In this document: positions 17,375 to 26,099 of the stretch, piece after piece
How positions within the stretch are numbered: position 1 is the stretch's first letter
Layout: every line of letters starts with the position of its first letter
IMG/VR virus record: IMGVR_UViG_3300045988_144476
DNA length: 64,000 nucleotides
Reading direction: 5' to 3' (one strand)
From: a virus
Made by a program: the position numbers and the translations under genes
Notes under the pieces: model-generated
Told to the model about the DNA's origin: nothing
The model's input: only the letters and a program-made list of their open reading frames with translations
Database searches by the model: none

Positions 17375-18655
17375 ATGAAAGATTACTTGTTAGAGAAGTT
17401 CTTTGAAACAAAACGATGGGAAGCAGCAATTGAAACAGGAGTTATCAAAGGAATTAATAAATCTGAGTTAAGAAGATTATGTAGTCCGGAATACAGATTA
17501 GCATTATTAAATGCGATCATTACTGATAATTACGAAATAGCCCCTCCTCATCAAGCATTGATTCCAAAAGGGAATGGAGAATTTAGAACAGTTTATGTTA
17601 ATGAAGGAATGGACCGGATCTTCTTATCAATTGTAAATGATATGTTATTTGAACTTGATCATGATTCTATTCATCCTGCTTGTAAGAGTTATCAGAAAGG
17701 AATTGGATGTGGTAAGGTTGTTCAAGAAGTTGTAAGATGGATCGAAAATACTGACAGACAAGATATTGGATTCAAGGCAGATCTAAGTAAATATTTTGAT
17801 TCAGTTCCAATTGAATTTATTGATAAAGAGTTTGATCGGATTGAAAATAAATTTGGAAAATCAAAGATTATTAATGTGTTGCGAAAATATTATCATTGTG
17901 ATTTATGTTTTGATCCGGATGGAAATCTTATTGAACATTATCAGAGTCTTAAACAGGGTTGTGCAATTGGTTCATGGCTTGCAGATCGTGTGTTATATCA
18001 TATTGACGAACGATTAGATAGTTTATGTTCGACATGGGGAACAAGAGGAACATATATAAGATATTCTGATGATATATTATTAATTTCTCGGGAATATGAA
18101 AAAGGAATGGAAATCCTTAAAGAAGAACTTGAGAAAATGAATATGAAATTAAATCCAAAGAAAGTAGAACTACTTGATAAAGATCGATGGTTTAAATTCC
18201 TCGGATTTATGATCAAGGGTGATCAGATTACATTATCCAAAAGCAGAGTGAAAGATTTTCAGAAAGAAATTGAATCTCGGACCATTAAAAAGAGAAATAC
18301 AACCAAGACAAAAGCAATAAATAGTGTAAACAGATACCTATATAAAGGTGATGGAAAATATTCTTGGGCGACATCAGTACTTCCAATCATCAATGTACAG
18401 AAAGATGTTGATACGTTGAATGAATTTGTTATGGATTGTATTAGAGCTGCAGAAACAGGGAAAAAGAAAATTGGTGGTCTTGGGTGTGTGATCGATAAAG
18501 AAAATTATACAATTCTTCGAGGAACTGGAAGAAATGTAAAAGCAAATAAAATAAAAACAGAAAAAGATATTGAAGGATATAAGAGTATCCGGTGTATGCA
18601 GAATGCATTGAATTACAGCAGGCCGTTGTATGATACTTTGGTGAGGGAGATGTGA
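17375..18655 (+). CDS. reverse transcriptase (unclassified clade)
   Basis: Ordered RT motifs: IPKGNGEFRTV, ADLSKYFDSV, LKQGCAIGSWLAD, YIRYSDDILL (YxDD), LNPKKVELL, FKFLGFMI. Confidence 0.9.
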   Translation: MKDYLLEKFFETKRWEAAIETGVIKGINKSELRRLCSPEYRLALLNAIITDNYEIAPPHQALIPKGNGEFRTVYVNEGMDRIFLSIVNDMLFELDHDSIHPACKSYQKGIGCGKVVQEVVRWIENTDRQDIGFKADLSKYFDSVPIEFIDKEFDRIENKFGKSKIINVLRKYYHCDLCFDPDGNLIEHYQSLKQGCAIGSWLADRVLYHIDERLDSLCSTWGTRGTYIRYSDDILLISREYEKGMEILKEELEKMNMKLNPKKVELLDKDRWFKFLGFMIKGDQITLSKSRVKDFQKEIESRTIKKRNTTKTKAINSVNRYLYKGDGKYSWATSVLPIINVQKDVDTLNEFVMDCIRAAETGKKKIGGLGCVIDKENYTILRGTGRNVKANKIKTEKDIEGYKSIRCMQNALNYSRPLYDTLVREM

Positions 18656-18657
18656 TT

Positions 18658-19020
18658 ATGTATATTGTACCAAGGATAGAAGTAAGAGAAGCAGAAGATA
18701 TTATTGATTTTGCTACGACAATGGATTCAGATATGAATCTATACTTTGAAGAAAAGAAAACGTTGTTAGAAGATATACCAAGAGGTGAGAATCCCGGAAC
18801 TGCATATTATTCGTTTTATCCAGCGGTAATAAATCCTAAGCTGTTTTATGCGTATATTTTGGCAATTAAGTATTTTCAAGATGGTACATGTCAATGGAAA
18901 TTATGTTTAACATCTAGGGAAAATAAAAAGTGCCATATGACATTAGGAATTATGAGAGGAACTGAAGAAGAAGCGAAAGAACGACTTGCAACAATTCTTA
19001 CTTCTGGAAGTATTAGATGA
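18658..19020 (+). CDS. hypothetical protein
   Basis: ATG 18658 behind GAGGGAG; abuts the RT stop. Confidence 0.6.
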   Translation: MYIVPRIEVREAEDIIDFATTMDSDMNLYFEEKKTLLEDIPRGENPGTAYYSFYPAVINPKLFYAYILAIKYFQDGTCQWKLCLTSRENKKCHMTLGIMRGTEEEAKERLATILTSGSIR

Positions 19021-19036
19021 GAATTGAGGTGTAATT

Positions 19037-19618
19037 ATGGGCTGGACTTCTTATCATGCAGAATTCTACAAAAACGGAACTGTTGATCGGAAAAAAGAAA
19101 TTGATAAACTTTGGACTCAGGCAGAATGTAAAAAATATCCAGAGTTAAATGTATTGAAATCAAGAATGGTTGGTTCTACATATTATGCAGCAATTGAAGA
19201 AAAAGAGAAAGGTGTCGTTAAGAATGTATTCGCTGTAGTTGTATTAACATCTATAAATATGAAAGATTATTTTAATTTTTCATATAAAGAGATGGATGAA
19301 TCGGTTGGACCATATTGTTATGATTGTCCAAAAGGAATTCTTGATTTGCTAACAGAAACGGATAATGAATATGCAATAAATTGGAGAAACAAGTGTAGAG
19401 AAAATCTTCAGAAGAAAAAAGAAAAATTAACAAAAGGAACGTTGCCGGTTGGAAGTATTATTAAGGTCAAAAAATATAATGGTGAGTACGTAATATTACA
19501 AAAAATGTCACCAATGTATCAATTCAGGAGAGCCTGGTGGTATTGTGCAGAATCTAATACATATTATCCACTCAATCATATACCAGATGAATTTGAAATT
19601 ATTAAGAAGGGAGCTTAA
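19037..19618 (+). CDS. hypothetical protein
   Basis: 193-aa ORF, GAGGTG SD. Confidence 0.65.
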   Translation: MGWTSYHAEFYKNGTVDRKKEIDKLWTQAECKKYPELNVLKSRMVGSTYYAAIEEKEKGVVKNVFAVVVLTSINMKDYFNFSYKEMDESVGPYCYDCPKGILDLLTETDNEYAINWRNKCRENLQKKKEKLTKGTLPVGSIIKVKKYNGEYVILQKMSPMYQFRRAWWYCAESNTYYPLNHIPDEFEIIKKGA

Positions 19619-19620
19619 TT

Positions 19621-20238
19621 ATGAAGTTAAATGAAAAAATTATAGAAGCCATTGAAAACAATGGATTTTGTTGTAGTGCAGTTGTGGAACAGGATAATGG
19701 ATTTTATATTGAACTTTATCAAGACACGCCTGCAGGAGAAGATTGGCATGTAACAATCTGGTTTAATGGAAGTGACAATGAATTTATAAATTCATTCAGA
19801 AAGTATGCCGAAGATTTTGATGTTGATGAAGAAGCAGAAATTTGGATTAAATCAAGAGGTGAGCATGGAGTCCCAAGCAGCATCAGCCTATTAGTTAAAG
19901 ATGCTGAATGGAAAAAAGAAAAGCTTGGATTGTTACTTAAAGATCTTGAAGATATTGAACACGCAAATTTTAACGAAGGACTACTCACATTGATTATCTT
20001 GGACAATATAGATTGTGATGAGCCAGCTTCAGTATTTATGATTCCATTGATAAAACAAATAGAAGTAGAAAATCTTGCCAAAACAATTCATGCAACAAGT
20101 ACAGATAAAATTGAAGATGAATTTGAAGATTTATTAAGAGAAAAGAGAATTAAACATGAGTGGATCGGTCGTATATATGATGCTAACAGAGAAAAAGATT
20201 GGATTGACGATAAGATCTCAAGAGTAATTGTAGGATAA
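19621..20238 (+). CDS. hypothetical acidic protein
   Basis: 205-aa ORF, GGGAG SD. Confidence 0.65.
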   Translation: MKLNEKIIEAIENNGFCCSAVVEQDNGFYIELYQDTPAGEDWHVTIWFNGSDNEFINSFRKYAEDFDVDEEAEIWIKSRGEHGVPSSISLLVKDAEWKKEKLGLLLKDLEDIEHANFNEGLLTLIILDNIDCDEPASVFMIPLIKQIEVENLAKTIHATSTDKIEDEFEDLLREKRIKHEWIGRIYDANREKDWIDDKISRVIVG

Positions 20239-20253
20239 TGATGAATTAAGCAA
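20239..20253 (+). repeat. 15-nt motif, variant
   Basis: TGATGAATTAAGCAA. Confidence 0.4.
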
Positions 20254-20265
20254 AGGAATGATAAA

Positions 20266-20352
20266 ATGGCATTTAAGATAGTAATTGGATGGTTTGTATT
20301 TATGTATGGAACTGCATTGATTATGATTATAAAAGAAAGGAAAGAGATGTAA
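20266..20352 (+). CDS. possible 28-aa membrane peptide
   Basis: MAFKIVIGWFVFMYGTALIMIIKERKEM; stop overlaps next ATG (TAATG). Confidence 0.3.
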   Translation: MAFKIVIGWFVFMYGTALIMIIKERKEM

Positions 20353-20573
20353 TGCCTGAAAATATTTGGTTATATGGATTTGATGGTTTTGAAGGAACCA
20401 AAACAGTGGGTTTTGTAATTGCAAAATCATCAACAGAAGCGGTTGATAAAGTTTGGGATATGTATAATGACTTTGCAACTGATTATAATTTGTCAGATCT
20501 TGTGGTATGGAAACCAGAAGAAGATGATAACTATAGAGAAGATTATCCTAGTGTGATGGAAATTGTTTATTAG
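20352..20573 (+). CDS. hypothetical protein
   Basis: In-frame ATG 20352 behind AAAGGAAAGAG. Confidence 0.55.
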   Translation: MPENIWLYGFDGFEGTKTVGFVIAKSSTEAVDKVWDMYNDFATDYNLSDLVVWKPEEDDNYREDYPSVMEIVY

Positions 20574-20580
20574 TTATAAT

Positions 20581-20595
20581 TAATGTTTTAATCAA
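20581..20595 (+). repeat. 15-nt intergenic motif copy
   Basis: TAATGTTTTAATCAA. Confidence 0.7.
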
Positions 20596-20656
20596 ACCAC
20601 AATTAAATAATATGCATGAACACACATGAAATATACAATATCAATGAACTTTAATT

Positions 20657-20742
20657 AAGCTGCTTTAATACCAGCAGAGAGCCTGGTTTATCACCAGGCT
20701 TACTGCTGGTACAGCAGCTTCATATGAAACTGTTAAAGAAAT
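20657..20742 (+). repeat. hairpin-plus-box unit 1
   Basis: Three stacked 8-bp helices: aagctgct/agcagctt, accagcag/ctgctggt, agcctggt/accaggct, loop ttatc. Followed by box ATATGAAACTGTTAAAGAAAT. Confidence 0.7.
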
Positions 20743-20814
20743 GTGTAGAATTGATTGAGTGTATTAGAACCGGAGTATAACGGAAGATAAATGAGATATA
20801 TTTTGTTCAAGGCT

Positions 20815-20901
20815 AGATCCGTTCACTGGATCTGAACTGAAGATAATATCTTCAGAAAGATCCAGGAATGGATCTCCACCATATGAGACTTTTATAGAAA
20901 T
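20815..20901 (+). repeat. hairpin-plus-box unit 2
   Basis: Helices agatcc/ggatct, ctggatct/agatccag, ctgaagat/atcttcag. Followed by box ATATGAGACTTTTATAGAAAT. Confidence 0.7.
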
Positions 20902-20976
20902 ATACCGGATATATGAGTTTATCTAAAAAAAATATGTAGAATAACATTTATTAACAAGGTAATTAAATTCAATAGA

Positions 20977-21061
20977 AGGCGATAGATCAGCGAGGCTGCC
21001 CGGATTATCTTCCTGGCTGCCCGCTTTCCATACGCCTCTGATATGAAACAGTTTAAGAAAT
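20977..21061 (+). repeat. hairpin-plus-box unit 3 (weaker stem)
   Basis: Outer helix aggcg/cgcct, GC-rich interior with direct repeat GGCTGCCCG x2 and the same ttatc centre. Followed by box ATATGAAACAGTTTAAGAAAT. Confidence 0.5.
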
Positions 21062-21111
21062 ATTCCAAGATTACTGAGCTAATATATAATTTTACAAAGG
21101 AGATAGATGAA

Positions 21112-21615
21112 ATGATTGAAAGAGAAGAAATGATGACTTATTATGATAACCTTATGGATTGGGTAGAAAGAGGACATGCGTTTAGGATTGATTTAAAGAC
21201 AAAATCAATGCAGTTACTTTCAAATGAAAAATGTATTGAGAATGGAGATTGGTTTCCTGATGCTGATCTGATTCATATTAATGGAATTTGTGATGAAGAA
21301 GACAAAACGAAATTCTGTTTGGACATTATTGAAGAGCTTTACCATAATTACAAATATTCAACTCCAACAGAGAAGAGTGAACGATATAAACAGAGAAATT
21401 ATTTTAAAGCTTTATCTCCAGATGAAATGACTGATGAAGAATTAGTTAACGGTGAAGACAGAAATGTTGCAAAAGCAAAACTTGAAGGATTTATTCTTTG
21501 TGCTTCATTGGCCGGTTATCTTACTTGGGATGAAAAGAAAATGGGCAAATGGTTTTATCAGGGAAAAGATAAGGATCTTGTGATTTTAAGAGAATGGGTG
21601 GAGGTAAGAAGTTAA
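21112..21615 (+). CDS. hypothetical protein
   Basis: Start placed at ATG 21112, 9 nt after AAGGAG. The ORF-track start at 21043 has no SD and coincides with box 3. Confidence 0.6.
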   Translation: MIEREEMMTYYDNLMDWVERGHAFRIDLKTKSMQLLSNEKCIENGDWFPDADLIHINGICDEEDKTKFCLDIIEELYHNYKYSTPTEKSERYKQRNYFKALSPDEMTDEELVNGEDRNVAKAKLEGFILCASLAGYLTWDEKKMGKWFYQGKDKDLVILREWVEVRS

Positions 21616-21618
21616 ATA

Positions 21619-21975
21619 ATGAAAAAGGAATTGAAGAATTATATATTCAAAACTACAACTACAATGAAAGAATACAATAATAAGAAATGGTATATTAATT
21701 CAGATGTAATTCCTGAATTTCAGGTTCAAGCAACTTCTATTAATGAAGCGTTATTGAAATATAAAGATTATGTATATAAAGAAGGTATTATTAACATATC
21801 TGATAATGCATTAAAGACTAAACAGAAAATGTATATTGATACGGTTGATGGTGTAAAACAAGTTGGATATGTAATTACCGGACAGACTGAAATTCTATGT
21901 GAAAATTACAAATGGATCAAACAATATATTGATTTATGGGTAAAAATACTTACTGTTGTTGATACGGAATTTTAA
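21619..21975 (+). CDS. hypothetical protein
   Basis: 118-aa ORF, GGAGG SD. Confidence 0.65.
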   Translation: MKKELKNYIFKTTTTMKEYNNKKWYINSDVIPEFQVQATSINEALLKYKDYVYKEGIINISDNALKTKQKMYIDTVDGVKQVGYVITGQTEILCENYKWIKQYIDLWVKILTVVDTEF

Positions 21976-21996
21976 TATAAAGGAGAGATAAATAAT

Positions 21997-23181
21997 ATGA
22001 ATAACTGGAATTATTTTGATAGCCCAGAATTATATAAAAAAGTAGAAATTCTTTTAAATGATGGTTCTGTTAGACAGGATATGATGATAAAAGGCAAGTA
22101 TGATACCAATGAATGGCGTAACTATACAAATCATAGTGTAACAGCTTGGAGATATATTGAAGAGTCTAATAATAAAGAATTAATTAAAAAGGAGAATAAA
22201 ACAATGATGAAAAACACAAGAGAAAACAGAGTAGCAACAATGCAGTCAGCAGGAATTGACACAAAGAAATATTTTAGTATCAATCTTCCAGAAGGACTTA
22301 AACCAGGATCAGTGATTTCATTAGTTATTGATGAAAATGGTAATCCTGCAATTGCTACAGAAACAGAAGAAAAAACAACTAAAAAGATAATTGATCCTGA
22401 ACTTGAACAGTATAATAGTATTATAAGTCAGATTGAGAATGGTTATGTAAGAAATTCTAAATTACATAGAAGATGGGTAATGGCACAGATGTTCAGAATG
22501 CTTAATTCTTCACTTGGATATAATGAGTGTTTGAAACGTAGATATGATTATAAGTATCAGTTTAATATGCTGATTGATGAACTGAATGCTCTTGGACATT
22601 TACAGAGGGAAGATCCTGAAGAGTTTAAAGACAGATTAAGTTTCTTCAATAAAGATGTGGTTATTGCTTTATGTAATGATTATTATGAAAAATTAAAGAA
22701 AGTAGTAGATAGTCTTCCAGAAAAGAAATGCGAAGGCAAACCGTATGTAAGAATTAGTGGAAATAATATTTTTATTGATGATTTAAATGATAAATTATAT
22801 ATTCCAATTTTAAACAGTATTATAGGTATTCAATATTGTACTTCTTATGAAGCACTTAGCAACTTATTAAAGAATTTTGTAAGGCTTTTTGTAAATAGAT
22901 ATACACTTCCTTACAACACAAGTAAATGTGCAGCATGGGTAGATGCTTATAAAGGAGCTGGAGCTTATTATACAATGATGAACATGGTTAAATTTCATAA
23001 TTGTTTTATTACTAATAATACTACCGGAGAAGTTTACATAGGAATGAAAGCAGTTGGATATCTTAAAACGTTAAATGTTGTTCATGAGGGTTATGGATAC
23101 AGAATGTTTGCCGAAATGAATAGAATGATTGAAGAAAATCATTTTGATTTTAATGGAAGAATGAGAGAAATTTATTCTTAA
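21997..23181 (+). CDS. hypothetical protein
   Basis: 394-aa ORF with AAGGAG SD; a second strong internal SD plus ATGATG near 22204 is in frame. Confidence 0.7.
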   Translation: MNNWNYFDSPELYKKVEILLNDGSVRQDMMIKGKYDTNEWRNYTNHSVTAWRYIEESNNKELIKKENKTMMKNTRENRVATMQSAGIDTKKYFSINLPEGLKPGSVISLVIDENGNPAIATETEEKTTKKIIDPELEQYNSIISQIENGYVRNSKLHRRWVMAQMFRMLNSSLGYNECLKRRYDYKYQFNMLIDELNALGHLQREDPEEFKDRLSFFNKDVVIALCNDYYEKLKKVVDSLPEKKCEGKPYVRISGNNIFIDDLNDKLYIPILNSIIGIQYCTSYEALSNLLKNFVRLFVNRYTLPYNTSKCAAWVDAYKGAGAYYTMMNMVKFHNCFITNNTTGEVYIGMKAVGYLKTLNVVHEGYGYRMFAEMNRMIEENHFDFNGRMREIYS

Positions 23182-23253
23182 AACTTTCATAATGCATAAT
23201 TAATACGAAAGCAAATATATATTGCAATTTCCATAAGGTATATTAATTTAATT

Positions 23254-23342
23254 AATCAGGCTATGTATGATGACATCTAGGAGGCGCATCGCCTCCATAT
23301 GTCATCTCCAGAGCCTGATTAATATGAAACATTTATAGAATT
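23254..23342 (+). repeat. hairpin-plus-box unit 4
   Basis: Helices aatcaggct/agcctgatt, gatgacat/atgtcatc, ggaggcg/cgcctcc. Followed by box ATATGAAACATTTATAGAATT. Confidence 0.7.
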
Positions 23343-23544
23343 ATATACGAATATACAGAATGGAAATAATTACCAGAATTTCCAGAAATTACATGTTATT
23401 CCGATTTATCGGATAGTGTATAATGGTATTATATACCAAAAACGAAAATATGTTCGATTTTTTATATTGAAAATGTTTTTGTAATATGGTATAACAATAT
23501 TAATTTAAGCAAACACATGTTCGAAAAATCGGGAGGAATGCAGC

Positions 23545-23814
23545 ATGAGAAAAAAGACAACATTCGTGGTAATAACCAAAAGTAATAGAGTAAAGGAAAT
23601 CGTGTCTTTGGAAAGTCAAGATGATGCAATAAGTTATGTTGAAGAGAAATATTTATATTACATAAAAACGGTTCCAAGATATGATTATAAAAACTCGTTT
23701 ATTAAAGATGATCGAAGTCTTGCAGTTGTATCAGCTGGAATATTTAGTGTAAAGATTATGATCTATCAGGGAAATGTTCAAAAGATAATGTCTGGATGGA
23801 AAGACAAGAAATAA
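23545..23814 (+). CDS. hypothetical protein
   Basis: 89-aa ORF, GGGAGG SD. Confidence 0.6.
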   Translation: MRKKTTFVVITKSNRVKEIVSLESQDDAISYVEEKYLYYIKTVPRYDYKNSFIKDDRSLAVVSAGIFSVKIMIYQGNVQKIMSGWKDKK

Positions 23815-23826
23815 GTTGATATTAGA

Positions 23827-23858
23827 AGATCAGTACTAATTGGTACTGGTCTTTTTTT
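23827..23858 (+). terminator. rho-independent terminator
   Basis: 10-bp stem agatcagtac/gtactggtct (one G-U), loop taattg, followed by a T7 run. Confidence 0.8.
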
Positions 23859-23882
23859 ATTACAGAAAAGGAGTTTGATAAC

Positions 23883-24551
23883 ATGATGGAAAGAGAAGTA
23901 ATAGTTTCAATTAAAGATTGTGAGAAAATTACAGGATTACATTTTACATTAAATCATCAGGGTAAGATGAAAGGTATGCAGAGCTTATCAACTAGCTGCA
24001 CATGTAATGAACATTGTAAAAGCAGATCAAAAAATACATCAACGGTATGCTCTCATTGTTATGCTCAGAGACAAATGAAAATATATAAAAATCTTGAAAA
24101 GTGTTTGATCAAGAATACGAAGATTCTTACAGAACAGGTTATCTCAAAAGAAAATTTGCCAATTATTAATGCGTTATATTTTAGACTTGAAGCATTTGGA
24201 GATTTAAATAATACAACACAAGTAATTAATTATTTTAATTTATGTAAAAAGAATCCGGATGTCAAATTTGGATTATGGAGTAAAAATTTATGGTTGATTG
24301 AAGCTGCAATTAATGATGGAAATTCCAAACCCAAAAACTTGCAGATCATTTATAGTATTCCTTTTCTAAATGATCGAAATGATAATATTTTTATTTTATA
24401 TCCTTTTGTTGATAAGATTTTTACAGTATTTGAAAAAAATTTTATTAAGAAAAATGATATAGAAATTAATTGTGGGGCTAAGAGCTGCTTATGTTGTGGA
24501 AAATGTTATAAGAAAAACAAAGTAAAGTATATAAACGAGCGTCTTAAATAA
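23883..24551 (+). CDS. Cys-rich protein of unknown function
   Basis: 222 aa; CTCNEHC...CSHCYAQ and C-terminal CGAKSCLCCGKC clusters. Confidence 0.65.
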   Translation: MMEREVIVSIKDCEKITGLHFTLNHQGKMKGMQSLSTSCTCNEHCKSRSKNTSTVCSHCYAQRQMKIYKNLEKCLIKNTKILTEQVISKENLPIINALYFRLEAFGDLNNTTQVINYFNLCKKNPDVKFGLWSKNLWLIEAAINDGNSKPKNLQIIYSIPFLNDRNDNIFILYPFVDKIFTVFEKNFIKKNDIEINCGAKSCLCCGKCYKKNKVKYINERLK

Positions 24552-24563
24552 TGATTTAATCAA
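24549..24563 (+). repeat. 15-nt intergenic motif copy
   Basis: TAATGATTTAATCAA; supplies the stop codon of the upstream gene. Confidence 0.7.
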
Positions 24564-24600
24564 ATACATTGTATTGCAATCAGAAAGGATGTATTGTATA

Positions 24601-25170
24601 ATGAAAACAGCAAAAGGATATAAATTATTTAGAATATTGAAATCACAGCCAGGTAAATTATTTCCACTTTATGTTTATGCAACAGAAGAAATCCCTATTG
24701 GAGAATGGCTTAAAGCTAAAGAAGGACAAAAGACAGAAAATGGAAAGGTTAAAAGTAAACTTGGACCATTAAGATTTAGACCTGGGTTTCATATTAATGA
24801 TATAGCTCCATATGTTTCTCATATTGGAAAGAAGGTAAATGGAAAGATTTGCTTTATGAGGCCGGATACAGTATGGGCTGAAGTTGAATATTGTATTGAT
24901 CATGATTATTGTGATGAGGCAAAACAAAATGGTTATTGGAATGATATATTTTATCCGGTAAGAGCTGATCTTGATTATATTCCTATGAATGGATTTTATC
25001 GGTATAAAACAAATCCTACAATGACTGGAGAATGGATTATTGCCGGTGAGATGAAAGTATTGAGGATTTTGAGTGATATAGAAGTGAAAGAGATTTGTGA
25101 TGAAGTTGGATCTGCTTATCTTCCAAGAGAACATGAAATTGATTTAAGAGAATATGGTTTTGCTGCGTAA
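24601..25170 (+). CDS. hypothetical protein
   Basis: ATG 24601; N-terminus AKGYKLF resembles the KGYKVF start of the 3878 protein. Confidence 0.6.
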   Translation: MKTAKGYKLFRILKSQPGKLFPLYVYATEEIPIGEWLKAKEGQKTENGKVKSKLGPLRFRPGFHINDIAPYVSHIGKKVNGKICFMRPDTVWAEVEYCIDHDYCDEAKQNGYWNDIFYPVRADLDYIPMNGFYRYKTNPTMTGEWIIAGEMKVLRILSDIEVKEICDEVGSAYLPREHEIDLREYGFAA

Positions 25171-25270
25171 TATAATGAAGAACGACAAATGGAGATTATA
25201 GATTTTATTTAATACCGGAGAAGGAATTTACGCAGCATGACAATGAAATAATAGTTTTGAGGTGAAAAAT

Positions 25271-25450
25271 ATGAAGCAATTATATATTGTTGTAGATATT
25301 CCAAGATATCCAGAGGATAATCCATCTTATAAATATGTTGTAAGAGCAAATGATTATAAAGAAGCAATTGAAATAGTGAAAAGAAAAACTGGACGAGAAT
25401 CATGGGAGTTTGATGCGGATTTAGCGGAAAATGATGAAGTGTGGGAGTAG
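25271..25450 (+). CDS. hypothetical protein
   Basis: ATG 25271 behind GAGGTG. Confidence 0.5.
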   Translation: MKQLYIVVDIPRYPEDNPSYKYVVRANDYKEAIEIVKRKTGRESWEFDADLAENDEVWE

Positions 25451-25458
25451 ATGATTTT

Positions 25459-25722
25459 ATGGAACATGTGAATATATTTGAGACAAAAACAGATGAAGAA
25501 CTGTTAACATTGTATGATCAGTTTCTTGAAGCAGAGAAATGTGGTAGATTTTTCGATGGTAATGAACTTGGAAAAATTAAAAGAGAGTATAAAACTGATT
25601 TTGGTGCAAATACAGTATTAATGCTACAAATAGAACTGACACATACCATAGCGGATAGATGGTACAAAAATAATTCAAAATGTACCGGAATGTGTTGCAT
25701 GGAAAATATTGATGAAATTTGA
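25459..25722 (+). CDS. hypothetical protein
   Basis: In-frame ATG 25459 behind GGGAG. Confidence 0.5.
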   Translation: MEHVNIFETKTDEELLTLYDQFLEAEKCGRFFDGNELGKIKREYKTDFGANTVLMLQIELTHTIADRWYKNNSKCTGMCCMENIDEI

Positions 25723-25741
25723 CTTTTGATGGAGAAATTAT

Positions 25742-25894
25742 ATGTATGATAGAAATGAAATCAAACGGATAATCGATGAATCAGTATTTATGGCAAAGTA
25801 TACTTGTATGATAAAAGATGATCATAAAAGAGAAACTATTGCAATTGAAGAAGTGAAAACACGATTGTATGACGCATTTGGAATCGAGGAATAA
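25742..25894 (+). CDS. possible small protein
   Basis: 50-aa ORF MYDRNEIKRIIDES...; GGAGA upstream; fills a gap. Confidence 0.45.
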   Translation: MYDRNEIKRIIDESVFMAKYTCMIKDDHKRETIAIEEVKTRLYDAFGIEE

Positions 25895-25897
25895 AAT

Positions 25898-26086
25898 ATG
25901 ACAGAGCAAGAGAAAACAATATTAAAATATTTAGAAGAATCGTATTCCGGTGCAAAAATAATGCACGATGAAGAGTGTATGATCAGGATTGCAAGAGCTA
26001 TGGATGCATTCAAAACAGATCCTAATGTTGATGTAACGGAATATTTTACACAGAAATTTTTGAACGAGATTTATTCATTAAACTAA
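25898..26086 (+). CDS. hypothetical protein
   Basis: 62-aa ORF, GAGGA SD. Confidence 0.55.
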   Translation: MTEQEKTILKYLEESYSGAKIMHDEECMIRIARAMDAFKTDPNVDVTEYFTQKFLNEIYSLN

Positions 26087-26099
26087 AGGTGGTTACAGT

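Noticed and set aside
17375-20573. Diversity-generating retroelement around the RT
   Set aside because: There is no noncoding template region next to the RT. No repeat pair with adenine-specific mismatches and no Avd-like gene was visible by eye. The only obvious internal repeat (3878 gene) is a simple tandem repeat. This needs a computational self-alignment to exclude it fully.
20657-21061. CRISPR array interpretation of the hairpin-plus-box units
   Set aside because: Only the 21-nt box is conserved. The units are irregularly spaced (about 160 nt), the variable parts are self-complementary hairpins rather than spacers, and no cas genes are present.
21043-21111. ORF-track start of the 190-aa gene at 21043
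   Set aside because: There is no SD in front, because the hairpin 3' arm lies there instead. The ATG is part of the conserved 21-nt box, which elsewhere is followed by stops after 4 codons. An in-frame ATG at 21112 has a perfect AAGGAG.
22204-23181. Splitting 21997..23181 into two genes at the strong internal SD plus ATGATG
   Set aside because: There is no stop codon between the two starts, so a single ORF (possibly with an internal initiation isoform) is the conservative call.
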